DNA from: an uncultured Bacilli bacterium
GTDB taxonomy: Bacteria; Bacillota_I; Bacilli_A; RFN20; CAG-826
Length of the DNA: 64,000 nt
Reading direction: 5' to 3'
Assembly (NCBI GenBank): GCA_934725985.1
Contig: CAKVCX010000001.1
Location: forward strand, 815,963 to 879,962
Position numbers and translations under genes: made by a program. Positions 28,001-35,719 of the stretch are shown here, in pieces. The notes under the pieces were generated by a model. That model had not been told where the DNA came from, made no database searches, and worked only from the letters and a program-made list of their open reading frames with translations. Numbering within the stretch: the stretch's first letter is position 1; each line of letters opens with the position of its first letter.

Positions 28001-28226
28001 AGAAAGTGCTCATAGAGTTCTATATACAATATCTAGAAGCAACGTTTTAAACTTTACCTCTAGTGGAATGAAAATCGAAATAATTACTCCATCTTGGCAA
28101 AAAGCAGTCAAGGCCGGAGAGATAACTTTGATTGTTTTAGTTTCAATTTCTGTTACATCGCTTATTATTTTAGTGGTTCTAGATAAAACCAATCTCTTAA
28201 AGAAAAGAAGTAATGAACAATTATGA
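25056..28226 (+). CDS. Glycoside hydrolase family 3 with permuted domain order (C-terminal alpha/beta sandwich and Fn3-like domain precede the TIM-barrel catalytic domain), with TM anchors at both the N- and C-terminus
   Basis: GH3 domain-2 motifs come first: ITLLKNENNALPL, KIIVVMNSANQ and GKILVGDINPSGHLSDTFW. The Fn3-like motif YQEGIYNGYRYVE...PFGYGLSYSKFSY follows. The GH3 domain-1 motifs appear only near residues 800-940: GINLHRGAYNGRAFEYYSEDPYLTG, VFVILKHALLNEQESYRYG and the nucleophile region GMNGYIISDF. N-terminal TM ILIPLAAIMVVV. C-terminal TM ITLIVLVSISVTSLIILVV followed by KKRSNEQL. Confidence 0.75.
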   Translation: MTMKINKFLKAAKIASNILIPLAAIMVVVKEITFANASAINDFLHISTQKIIDDGTQEKNIFYDSKYKNIDDLRKSSEQTIEEVMDEGITLLKNENNALPLSKGNLVSLYGASSVDLVITGGGSSGSNVKAVKKAISLKDGLAESNLSINEDLWNFYKENPKYYQKGKMGNDASGNQNQVGYYEGYYTVDASWEEMPESKNNQADAAIMVLGRTGGENIDLFRNKEEVLTGNKSVDEVSKTMSSFDYLRLSDNEISILKGLKTLKDNGKIGKIIVVMNSANQIQCDFANDPSYGIDSLLWIGTASSAGTRSLGKILVGDINPSGHLSDTFWYDHSKNPVYANFGNIVYKNSNELNKYRNGENQRYTVYQEGIYNGYRYVETRYEDSILKGDTSFKYDSCVSYPFGYGLSYSKFSYSNMNVDVLTDNNETIYSISVDIKNDGFVPGKGVAELYIQKPYTSYDVQYKVEKPSVELSGFEKSKLLEPGESQTLTINVKEKDLASYDSNYAQTYVIGSNNPSDLYRFTIASDAHEAINNILSSKGYSSSNGMDKNGNVDLVWSTYIDFSDSKYYSNSFIDNALENSKERYDGDDINFGVAFITNQFDKVDFQKYSGFEAEERNQPYMSRNDFDSTSFKTISLTASSKLANDQKTYQLSKDTIPYPTYGASNNLKLLDLRNDEEGNLRSYNDPLWDKLLDQMSFEETVNLLKDGLRATQTVPSAVASKTFQQNGAVGPVQAYGSNSSGSTFEGWASYYQSGIGEYPSIFPCNGIVAATFNKSLIEALGEQLGEECSWAGYNGIYGLGINLHRGAYNGRAFEYYSEDPYLTGISSGYESKGIQSKGVFVILKHALLNEQESYRYGICSWANEQTIRELYLKPIQICIDTGDEAKMLGIMTGLNRLGAVWSGAQGFTNTVLRAEFGMNGYIISDFFQNYMSPANGLLSGSDLPDGTTGAGANVSETKDGISTDLNQYKDGYGELAWAMRESAHRVLYTISRSNVLNFTSSGMKIEIITPSWQKAVKAGEITLIVLVSISVTSLIILVVLDKTNLLKKRSNEQL

Positions 28227-29245
28227 AACTAATATCGTTTGTTGTGCCTTCCTATAACGCTAGCAAATACCTGGATAAAGTAATCCCTTCTTTATTAGTG
28301 GGTGGAGATGAGGTTGAAATCATTATCGTTAACGATGGTTCTAAGGATAATACTTTAGAAATAGCTAAGAATTATGAAAAGGCAAATAGCAACGTTATTG
28401 TTATAGATAAAGAAAATGGCGGGCACGGTTCAACGATTAATGAGGCAGTTAAAATTGCTACAGGCCTATATTTTAAATGCGTGGATGCCGATGATTGGCT
28501 AGATAAAGATGCATTATTATCTTTATTAGAAAGAATTAAAATTGATATAGAGAATAAGAAATCACCGGATTTATATTTGACTAATTTTGTTTATGAAAAT
28601 ATTTCTAAAAAAAGGCAAGACGTGTGGTCGTTAAAAAAATATTTTAATGTAGGTAAAATTCTTTCTTGGAAAGACATTAAGCCATTTAATGTCAAAGATT
28701 TTTTAATGATGCATATGTTTGTTTATAAACTAGACATTTTAAAACAATCTAAATTATCTTTGCCCTTACATACTTTTTATGTTGATAATCTTTACGTTTA
28801 TAAACCGCTTTATTATGTAAATACCATTTGCTATCTAGATTTGGATTTATATAGATATTATGTAGGCAGGAACGATCAATCGGTTTCTTTCGAACAGGTC
28901 GATTTAAAATATGACCATCAATTAAGGGTCTTTAAAGAAGCTAGTTTATACTATACAAAAGAAGATTTATTAAAGCTTAATAAGCCTCATTATAAAGAAA
29001 TGATTAAGGCTTATTTTACTATATTATGGCTAACTCAATATTATTGTTTGCTTGGAAAAAGAAAAGGAAAATATAAAGAATATAAAGCCGTTTTGCGTGA
29101 TTTTAAAAAAGAAAACCCTTCTTTTTATTCTTTAATTCATAGAGATTTCCCTTATTTTATGTATTCGCTTCTTTTGCCTTGCTTAAAAAAATTATTGGTT
29201 AATATAGGCTATCGTTTTGTTATTAAGAAAACTTCCTGGAATTAA
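28223..29245 (+). CDS. Glycosyltransferase family 2 (GT-A fold)
   Basis: VVPSYNASKYL, IIIVNDGSKDNT and a DxD motif (CVDADDWL). It overlaps the GH3 stop by 4 nt and abuts the next gene. It has no N-terminal TM; a hydrophobic or amphipathic C-terminal segment (YFMYSLLLPCLKKLLVNIGY) is present. Confidence 0.85.
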   Translation: MKLISFVVPSYNASKYLDKVIPSLLVGGDEVEIIIVNDGSKDNTLEIAKNYEKANSNVIVIDKENGGHGSTINEAVKIATGLYFKCVDADDWLDKDALLSLLERIKIDIENKKSPDLYLTNFVYENISKKRQDVWSLKKYFNVGKILSWKDIKPFNVKDFLMMHMFVYKLDILKQSKLSLPLHTFYVDNLYVYKPLYYVNTICYLDLDLYRYYVGRNDQSVSFEQVDLKYDHQLRVFKEASLYYTKEDLLKLNKPHYKEMIKAYFTILWLTQYYCLLGKRKGKYKEYKAVLRDFKKENPSFYSLIHRDFPYFMYSLLLPCLKKLLVNIGYRFVIKKTSWN

Positions 29246-29246
29246 C

Positions 29247-31691
29247 ATGCAAAGAAAGTTGTTTTTAAAAACATTGTTCTTCTTGTCTCTAGGCTGTTTT
29301 TTTCTTTCTAGTTGTCAGCAAGAAGGCACTTCCTCTTTAGACTCTTCTTTCGATTCATCTTTAGATTCCTCTAATAACGATGACATCATTATTGATGAAG
29401 GACCCCTTATTACTTCTAGAGTTATCAAATGCTATTCATCCAATTCAACTTATGTTAGTTCTTATTTCCCATCTCAATGTTTTAATTCAGAAAATTTTAA
29501 TATTTATGGAGATAAAAATAATTACAGGTCCTTAATAAAATTTAATTTAAGTTCTTATTCCCTAAATAGAATTAACGATATTTCTTTAGTCCTTAGTTTC
29601 GAGAAAGATTCTATTTCTTTTTCTTCCTTTTCTCCCACGATTAGATATGGCTATGCTAACTGGGACATAGAAGATGATATCAATTGGAATGATAAGTCTT
29701 CTTATTTCCAGTGGAACAAAGACAATGAAATTTTTCATTCTCTTTCTGGTGTTGAAATAATTAAAAATGAAGTGGACTTGGTTCATTTTAACTCGTTGCT
29801 TTTTTCTAATTTAATGTCGCAAAACGGCAATATAAATTTAGAAATTGCCGATTCAAATAATGTTAAGGCAAATTTTTATTCATCTAATTATGGCGATAAA
29901 AAATTTAGGCCATATTTAAATATAAATTATTCTTTTTCTATTAAGGCTATTGAACTAGCGTCGAGATGGAAATCTTTTAGAAAGGAAGATCCTACTTTTT
30001 CTATTTTTTTAAACGGGGAAAGAAAAAACGATTTAGAAGAATTTTTTATTGATTACAATGCTTTGAATGAAGATGATTTAGATATTTTTAATCTAAATAT
30101 TGATTATAAAAAGGGCAATAAAAATTATTCTATTGCCGATTCTATTTCTTTTTTCAAAGATTATTTAAATATTTCAATAAATGGGATTTTCTTTTCCTCT
30201 AAAGGGAAAGAAGAAGGAGACGGAACTAGGTCTAATCCTTATAATGATTTAAACTTAATTGATGATAAATTAATAAAGGAAAAAGGAAATACTATTTATA
30301 TAGAATCTGGAAGCGAGTTTGTTTTTACAAACGGACTTACTTTAAAAAACATTAACCAAAATGAGTTAGTTCGCATTACTTCTTTCGGTGAAGGCGATAA
30401 GCCAAAGTTAATAGGAGAAAGCTCCGCTTCTAATGTTTTGAGTTTAGAAAATTGCTCGAATATAAAAATCTCAAATTTAGAAATTTATAATAAAGAAAAT
30501 AAGAATGAAAATGATAGGCGTGGCATTTATATCCATGCTCTAAAAGATAGTAAAGTAAGCAATGTTACCATCTCTAATTGTTATATTCATGATATTTTAG
30601 GGTATTCAAATACTTCTACTTCAATTTCTGATTCTAAAATGAAAAGGACTGGGGGGATTTTTGTTGAAGGAGAAGCCGGTTCTTCTCTAGATGGTTTAAA
30701 TATTATCGATAATGAAATATTTAATGTTGGGAATGTCGGTATTGCTTCTAGAACGAACCAAAAATATGATGGGGCAGAATCTAATCCATACCATTCTACC
30801 TTTGAACAAACCTCTTTTAAAAATGTAGTTGTAGCTTCTAATTTGATACATGGGGTCGCTAAAAATGCAATTTTCTTAAGAAATCTTTTTGGCGGGGTTA
30901 TTGAAAGAAACGTGGTCTATGATACTTCTACTAAATGCGTTGATGGTGGGAATTCCATTGTTACGGCTAGGGTTAAAAACACCATTGTTCAATATAATGA
31001 AGGCTATAAAAATGGGAATTCTTCATCAACAAAAGATGGGGCAATGTTAGATGCGGATTTATATTCGGTCGATACCTTTTGGCAATATAACTATAGTCAT
31101 GATAATGCGTTTGGCTTATTTATAAATTGCACGAATAAAAACGACAATGTAACCGTTAGATTTAATTTGTCTATAAATGATATGGGCAATAGGGGAATTA
31201 TTTGCCTAAATTATGCTTTCAATAAAATAGATATTTATAACAACACCATCATAAGCGGAGTCGGATCAGGCTTAGGTCTGGAAAAAGGGCTGATTTTATT
31301 CGAAGCTAGTGAGAACGCCGATGGGCAATCAAATATTTTTAATAATATCTTTTATTGTAGGAGTAAGAATGCAAAAACCAACATTGATTCTTCTTTAAAA
31401 GAACTTACCTTTTATTGCAATGCAGTTTTTGATTCAAACGGAGAAAATAAAGACTCTTCTTTAAATAAACTTATTCCTGACATTGATTCTCACCCCTTGA
31501 TAAAAGAATCGGATCCGAATTTTGTAAATAGCGATTATTCAGATTTAAATGGATATGAACAGGCAGTAAAAAAATTCGCCCCAATCCAAAATAAAAATTA
31601 CAAAGCCTATGCTTATCCCATTAGCAATAAATTTGTTGATATTTTAGGCAATTCCTATTCAAAAACAATTGGTTGCTATTTTTTACATTAG
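29247..31691 (+). CDS. Lipoprotein with a right-handed parallel beta-helix (pectin-lyase-fold) repeat region
   Basis: Lipobox FFLSSC after MQRKLFLKTLFFLSLGC; the start was moved to the ATG at 29247. A Ser/Asp-rich linker is followed by repeats of about 22 aa typical of a beta-helix: NIKISNLEIYN, SNVTISNCYIHD, IIDNEIFNVGNVGI, VVASNLIHGVAKNAIFL and IERNVVYD. Confidence 0.65.
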   Translation: MQRKLFLKTLFFLSLGCFFLSSCQQEGTSSLDSSFDSSLDSSNNDDIIIDEGPLITSRVIKCYSSNSTYVSSYFPSQCFNSENFNIYGDKNNYRSLIKFNLSSYSLNRINDISLVLSFEKDSISFSSFSPTIRYGYANWDIEDDINWNDKSSYFQWNKDNEIFHSLSGVEIIKNEVDLVHFNSLLFSNLMSQNGNINLEIADSNNVKANFYSSNYGDKKFRPYLNINYSFSIKAIELASRWKSFRKEDPTFSIFLNGERKNDLEEFFIDYNALNEDDLDIFNLNIDYKKGNKNYSIADSISFFKDYLNISINGIFFSSKGKEEGDGTRSNPYNDLNLIDDKLIKEKGNTIYIESGSEFVFTNGLTLKNINQNELVRITSFGEGDKPKLIGESSASNVLSLENCSNIKISNLEIYNKENKNENDRRGIYIHALKDSKVSNVTISNCYIHDILGYSNTSTSISDSKMKRTGGIFVEGEAGSSLDGLNIIDNEIFNVGNVGIASRTNQKYDGAESNPYHSTFEQTSFKNVVVASNLIHGVAKNAIFLRNLFGGVIERNVVYDTSTKCVDGGNSIVTARVKNTIVQYNEGYKNGNSSSTKDGAMLDADLYSVDTFWQYNYSHDNAFGLFINCTNKNDNVTVRFNLSINDMGNRGIICLNYAFNKIDIYNNTIISGVGSGLGLEKGLILFEASENADGQSNIFNNIFYCRSKNAKTNIDSSLKELTFYCNAVFDSNGENKDSSLNKLIPDIDSHPLIKESDPNFVNSDYSDLNGYEQAVKKFAPIQNKNYKAYAYPISNKFVDILGNSYSKTIGCYFLH

Positions 31692-31784
31692 TTTGCAATA
31701 TTTGTTACAAAATATTTACTATTTTTTATCTTCTTCTAATTAACTAAATTTATTTTGGATTTCTAATTAGGAAGGATATTCAAA

Positions 31785-32777
31785 ATGAAAATTTTTAACA
31801 AATTGTCTTTATTTGCCTTGCCTTTGATAGTTTTGGCAGGCACAACTGTTGCTAGTTTCTCCAAAACTGCAAATAAGGTTAGTGCAGAAGGTGAAACTTC
31901 TAGCGCGACTAAGTATGTAAAGGTTGAATATGTCCCTTCTACCTTTAGTGGCGAATATGCGCTTGGATTATTTGAAGCTGATGGAAATGCAAAAATATGG
32001 AATGGAAATTCCGACGTTTCTAATTTTGTGAGTTCAACCTTTTCAAATAAGGTTCTTGAAACTGATTCTTCGATTGTAACTTTATCTTTTAATTCTATGG
32101 ATAATGAAACCTATAGCATTAAAGTGAATGGAGGTGATAACGATGGCAAATATTTAACGGTTTCAAGTGCCAAAAATACAGAAATTGGTTTTTCTGATAC
32201 TGAAGTTGCATTCACTTTGACTGCCAAATACGAAAATATAGGTATTAAATATTCCGCCACCACGACCAACCCTTATTTAAGATTTTATGCGGATGGCAAT
32301 TCTTCTTCAAAATATAGGTTTAGATTTTTCTCTGCAAGCAACAAGGGAAAAGCTATTCATTTGATAAAGAAAATTACTGCTATAACCGCCGAAGAATGGA
32401 AGACCGAATTCTTAGACGCAACAACTGGGACCTGTAATCCAGATAGCCCAAAGCCAAATCAACTTGCTTCCATTTGGGCTGTCTCTAAAGCCTCTTTTGA
32501 TAATTTGCCAGTAGAAGAACAAGAAAAACTTTCTACTGTAAACATTGATGCCGACTTCCAAGCCGCTATCGAAAGATATGAATATATAGTTAGAACCTAT
32601 AACGATAGCAGAATCTCCGACTTTATTGGTCGTGGTATTGTTACTAACGCAAACATAAATTTGTTTAGACAAAATGGTTCCAATAATAACATCTTAATTT
32701 TATCTTTTGCTACATTAGGAGTTGTTTCGATTTCCTTAGTTAGCTTTTTCTTGGTTAGAAGAAAAAGAAGCAAATAA
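31785..32777 (+). CDS. Surface protein with an N-terminal signal peptide and a C-terminal TM anchor plus basic tail (hypothetical)
   Basis: Signal peptide MKIFNKLSLFALPLIVLAGTTVASFS. C-terminus ILILSFATLGVVSISLVSFFLVRRKRSK. Own ribosome-binding site (AGGAAGGAT). Followed by a terminator. Confidence 0.55.
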   Translation: MKIFNKLSLFALPLIVLAGTTVASFSKTANKVSAEGETSSATKYVKVEYVPSTFSGEYALGLFEADGNAKIWNGNSDVSNFVSSTFSNKVLETDSSIVTLSFNSMDNETYSIKVNGGDNDGKYLTVSSAKNTEIGFSDTEVAFTLTAKYENIGIKYSATTTNPYLRFYADGNSSSKYRFRFFSASNKGKAIHLIKKITAITAEEWKTEFLDATTGTCNPDSPKPNQLASIWAVSKASFDNLPVEEQEKLSTVNIDADFQAAIERYEYIVRTYNDSRISDFIGRGIVTNANINLFRQNGSNNNILILSFATLGVVSISLVSFFLVRRKRSK

Positions 32778-32797
32778 AAATCAATCCTTTTTCTAAT

Positions 32798-32831
32798 AGA
32801 CCGTAATTATCCTCGTTACGGTCTTTTTTCT
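32798..32831 (+). terminator. Rho-independent terminator
   Basis: AGACCGTAA-ttatcctcg-TTACGGTCT followed by TTTTTT. Confidence 0.6.
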
Positions 32832-32888
32832 TTTAAAAATCATCATTAATAAATTAAAATAATTACAAGGGGCCTTGGGACTCTAGAT

Positions 32889-35600
32889 ATGAACAAAATA
32901 TTGAACATTATCCTTTCATCTTCTTTTGCTTTGTCTTTGTTTTCTTTTGCTAGTTTGTTTAAGGAAAATAAAAATGGTGAACAATGTTGGAATGGTTTAA
33001 AAGCAGTTCCTTCTAGTTATCGTTATTCAACTAGCGACATCAAAGAAGAACCAAAAAACTCAAATGTCTATCCTTTGAATTTTAAATATATGGGGTTAGG
33101 TGGCAGTAGTGCCGAGACTAGTTCTATTTGGTATGACTATCGAGGTGAAACAATAGATAACGAACCTATAACAGTTGCCATCATTGATTCTGGACTAGAC
33201 ATCTATCATGAAGATTTTTTAACTAAAGAAGCTAGTGGAGTCAAACTAAGCGAAAGCAATATAGATTCCTATTCCATAATAGATCCAAAAAGTTGTTATA
33301 TTTACGATACTTCTGAAGGATATTATTCATCTTCGGTTAGAACTCAAGTTGGAATTAAATATGTCTACGATGATGATATTTATGATTCCGAATATGATGA
33401 ATATTATTCTCATGGGACCGCTAGTGCGGCTTGCATAGGAGCCGCTGTTAATGGGGTTGGTGGGTATGGTATAGCGCCTAAAGTCAATCTATTGATCATT
33501 AAGATGGATTTTTACTTTACCTCTTTAGATAAAGCCATTAGATACGCTAGCGATAACGGCGCTAAAGTCATCAATATGTCTTTAGGGGCTTATGCTGAGA
33601 AGTTTACCGATGGTTATGGAGATGAACAGAGTGGAGTTGCATCAACAACAACTGCTTTAAGTTCCGCGATTTCTTATGCCAATAGCAAGGATGTGGTCGT
33701 TGTTGCTTCTGCCGGGAATGAAAAAACAAACCATTATTCTTATCCAGCTTGTAATGAAGGGGTAGTTGGAGTTGGGGCTTTAGAAAGGGCTTCTGGGACT
33801 GTCGCGTCCGATTTTTCTAATTTTAATAAAACTAGCGATAAAGCTAGTGGCAATAACAATGTTGATGTTATGGCTCCTGGATATGTATATACCGCTAACG
33901 TTCCTCAAAAGGCAGCTAGAACTTCCTCTAGTTCTTTTATTGCCGATAGTTATTATTGCGAGACCCAAGGGACTTCCTTTTCTTCTCCTTTAACTTCTGG
34001 AGCTATCGCTTTATATAGAGCAAAATATCCTAGCAAGACTAGAAGCGAAGTAATAAATGCCTTATATGAATCTTGCATTGATTTAGGGACAAGTGGCTGG
34101 GATTATAAATATGGGTATGGAAGAGTAAATGTTAGCGATTTTTTAGATGATGGAATTCCCGTTACGCAAGTTAATGTTTCTCCTGCAAACGTAAATTTAA
34201 GCATCGATTCAAGTGGGAGAGCAGATACAGTTCAACTGAGTGCTTCTTTTTTACCCTCTGACGCTAGCGAAGAATATAAAACAGGATTATGGATTTCTAA
34301 CGACGATAACGTTGCCCTGGTCGATGAAAATACAGGTTTGGTAACAGCAAATGGGAAAGGAACTACTCAAGTTGTTTTTTTAACCGAAAAGGGGGGCATA
34401 GAAGGATATGCAACAGTAGTTGTTAACGATTCTAGACCAAAAATAACTTCCTTGTCTTTAGAAAATACGCCTATTAAGATGCCTTTTTATGGTGAGCTAG
34501 ATGTTTCAAGTATAAAAGCTAGTGTTATTTACGAGAATGGAAGTCAAAAAGAAGTCAATAACGTTAAATATGAACTTATTGGCGATGCTAAGTCTATTGG
34601 TTATAAAAAGGTGGAAGCAACTTATATAGAGAATGGAGTCAGCGTCAGCTCTTCTTTTAACATTTTTGTAACAAATGAAAACGCCATAAGGAAAGAAATA
34701 ACTTCGCCTAGTTCCATTACTTCTTTTACTGGAATTAGCAAGGACAATTATTTTAAGAAAAACGGTGATTCCATTTCTTTGTCTTCTTCAAAAGGAGAAA
34801 CTATTAATTGGGTCATTGATACGGATGCTTCTTATTTTGGATATGATGGAAGTGGTTTTTCCTCTCAAATAGGTTCAAAGAAAAACCCTGCCACTTATGC
34901 AAAGATTATTTCTAAAGAAACATTTTATAACGTAAATCAAATTAAAATTAATGGAAGGGTTGCCACTTCTGGAAATGCTTCTATTTCTATTAAGGTGGGC
35001 GAAGTTAGTTTTACTAGCGATAACTTATCTTCTATTCCATTAAAAACTACAATGAATGAATATTCTTTTAACGGTTTATCTTCCGGAGTTATTGAAATTT
35101 CTTATAAAGTAACTTCTGGAGCCGTATTCTTTAATGGCATAACCATTTCCATTGAAGGGAAAAGTGGTTATGAATGGAACGGGAATGAGCAGGCCATTTC
35201 TTTTATTTCCTATTTAAAAACGTTTTTAGGATCTTGTTATCCTGGCTTTGAAGATAAAAGGAAAGAAGTGGCAGTTTTAATAAATGAGTATAATTTTTTG
35301 CTTGAGGAAGCTAAATTGGACAACTCGTTTAATGATCTTTTCGATGATAATGGTTATACAGTAACTGCTTTAGAAAAATTAAAAATGATGGCAAGTCAAT
35401 ACAATAAATCTCTTAAGGAAGGAGAAAGCAAACTGGTTTTAGAACTTCCTGAAGGGAATTTTAATGGAGAAAGTAATATTGCTTTGAAAGCAAACCAATC
35501 TAATAAACAAGCAATTTTAATTCTTGCCATTGCTTCTTTGTTTTCAATAATTTTTGCCGCTTCATTCTTTTTCATTAAGAAAAAAAGACGTCAACTATAA
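32889..35600 (+). CDS. Cell-surface subtilisin-like serine protease (peptidase S8) with Big_2 domains and a C-terminal membrane anchor
   Basis: Catalytic triad motifs: VAIIDSGLDIYHEDF (Asp), HGTASAACIGAA (His) and GTSFSSPLTSGAIAL (Ser). Big_2-like segments occur downstream. Signal peptide at the N-terminus. C-terminus AILILAIASLFSIIFAASFFFIKKKRRQL. Confidence 0.9.
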   Translation: MNKILNIILSSSFALSLFSFASLFKENKNGEQCWNGLKAVPSSYRYSTSDIKEEPKNSNVYPLNFKYMGLGGSSAETSSIWYDYRGETIDNEPITVAIIDSGLDIYHEDFLTKEASGVKLSESNIDSYSIIDPKSCYIYDTSEGYYSSSVRTQVGIKYVYDDDIYDSEYDEYYSHGTASAACIGAAVNGVGGYGIAPKVNLLIIKMDFYFTSLDKAIRYASDNGAKVINMSLGAYAEKFTDGYGDEQSGVASTTTALSSAISYANSKDVVVVASAGNEKTNHYSYPACNEGVVGVGALERASGTVASDFSNFNKTSDKASGNNNVDVMAPGYVYTANVPQKAARTSSSSFIADSYYCETQGTSFSSPLTSGAIALYRAKYPSKTRSEVINALYESCIDLGTSGWDYKYGYGRVNVSDFLDDGIPVTQVNVSPANVNLSIDSSGRADTVQLSASFLPSDASEEYKTGLWISNDDNVALVDENTGLVTANGKGTTQVVFLTEKGGIEGYATVVVNDSRPKITSLSLENTPIKMPFYGELDVSSIKASVIYENGSQKEVNNVKYELIGDAKSIGYKKVEATYIENGVSVSSSFNIFVTNENAIRKEITSPSSITSFTGISKDNYFKKNGDSISLSSSKGETINWVIDTDASYFGYDGSGFSSQIGSKKNPATYAKIISKETFYNVNQIKINGRVATSGNASISIKVGEVSFTSDNLSSIPLKTTMNEYSFNGLSSGVIEISYKVTSGAVFFNGITISIEGKSGYEWNGNEQAISFISYLKTFLGSCYPGFEDKRKEVAVLINEYNFLLEEAKLDNSFNDLFDDNGYTVTALEKLKMMASQYNKSLKEGESKLVLELPEGNFNGESNIALKANQSNKQAILILAIASLFSIIFAASFFFIKKKRRQL

Positions 35601-35719
35601 CTAAATGTCGTTAGACCCTTTTTGCTTTAAAAATTTCAATAATGACCATGTTTTTTTAAATCTTGACAATTTTTCTATATAAAATACTCTAAAAATGGTT
35701 ACAGAAAGGAACTTCTATT

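Noticed and set aside
29331-29372. Short imperfect tandem repeats (TCTTCTTTAGACTCTTCTTTCGATTCATCTTTAGATTCCTCT) and similar Ser-codon-rich tracts at the 5' ends of lipoprotein genes
   Set aside because: These encode the low-complexity Ser/Asp linker that follows lipoboxes (SSLDSSFDSSLDSS). They are not CRISPR or minisatellite arrays, having no regular spacer structure and only 2-3 imperfect units.
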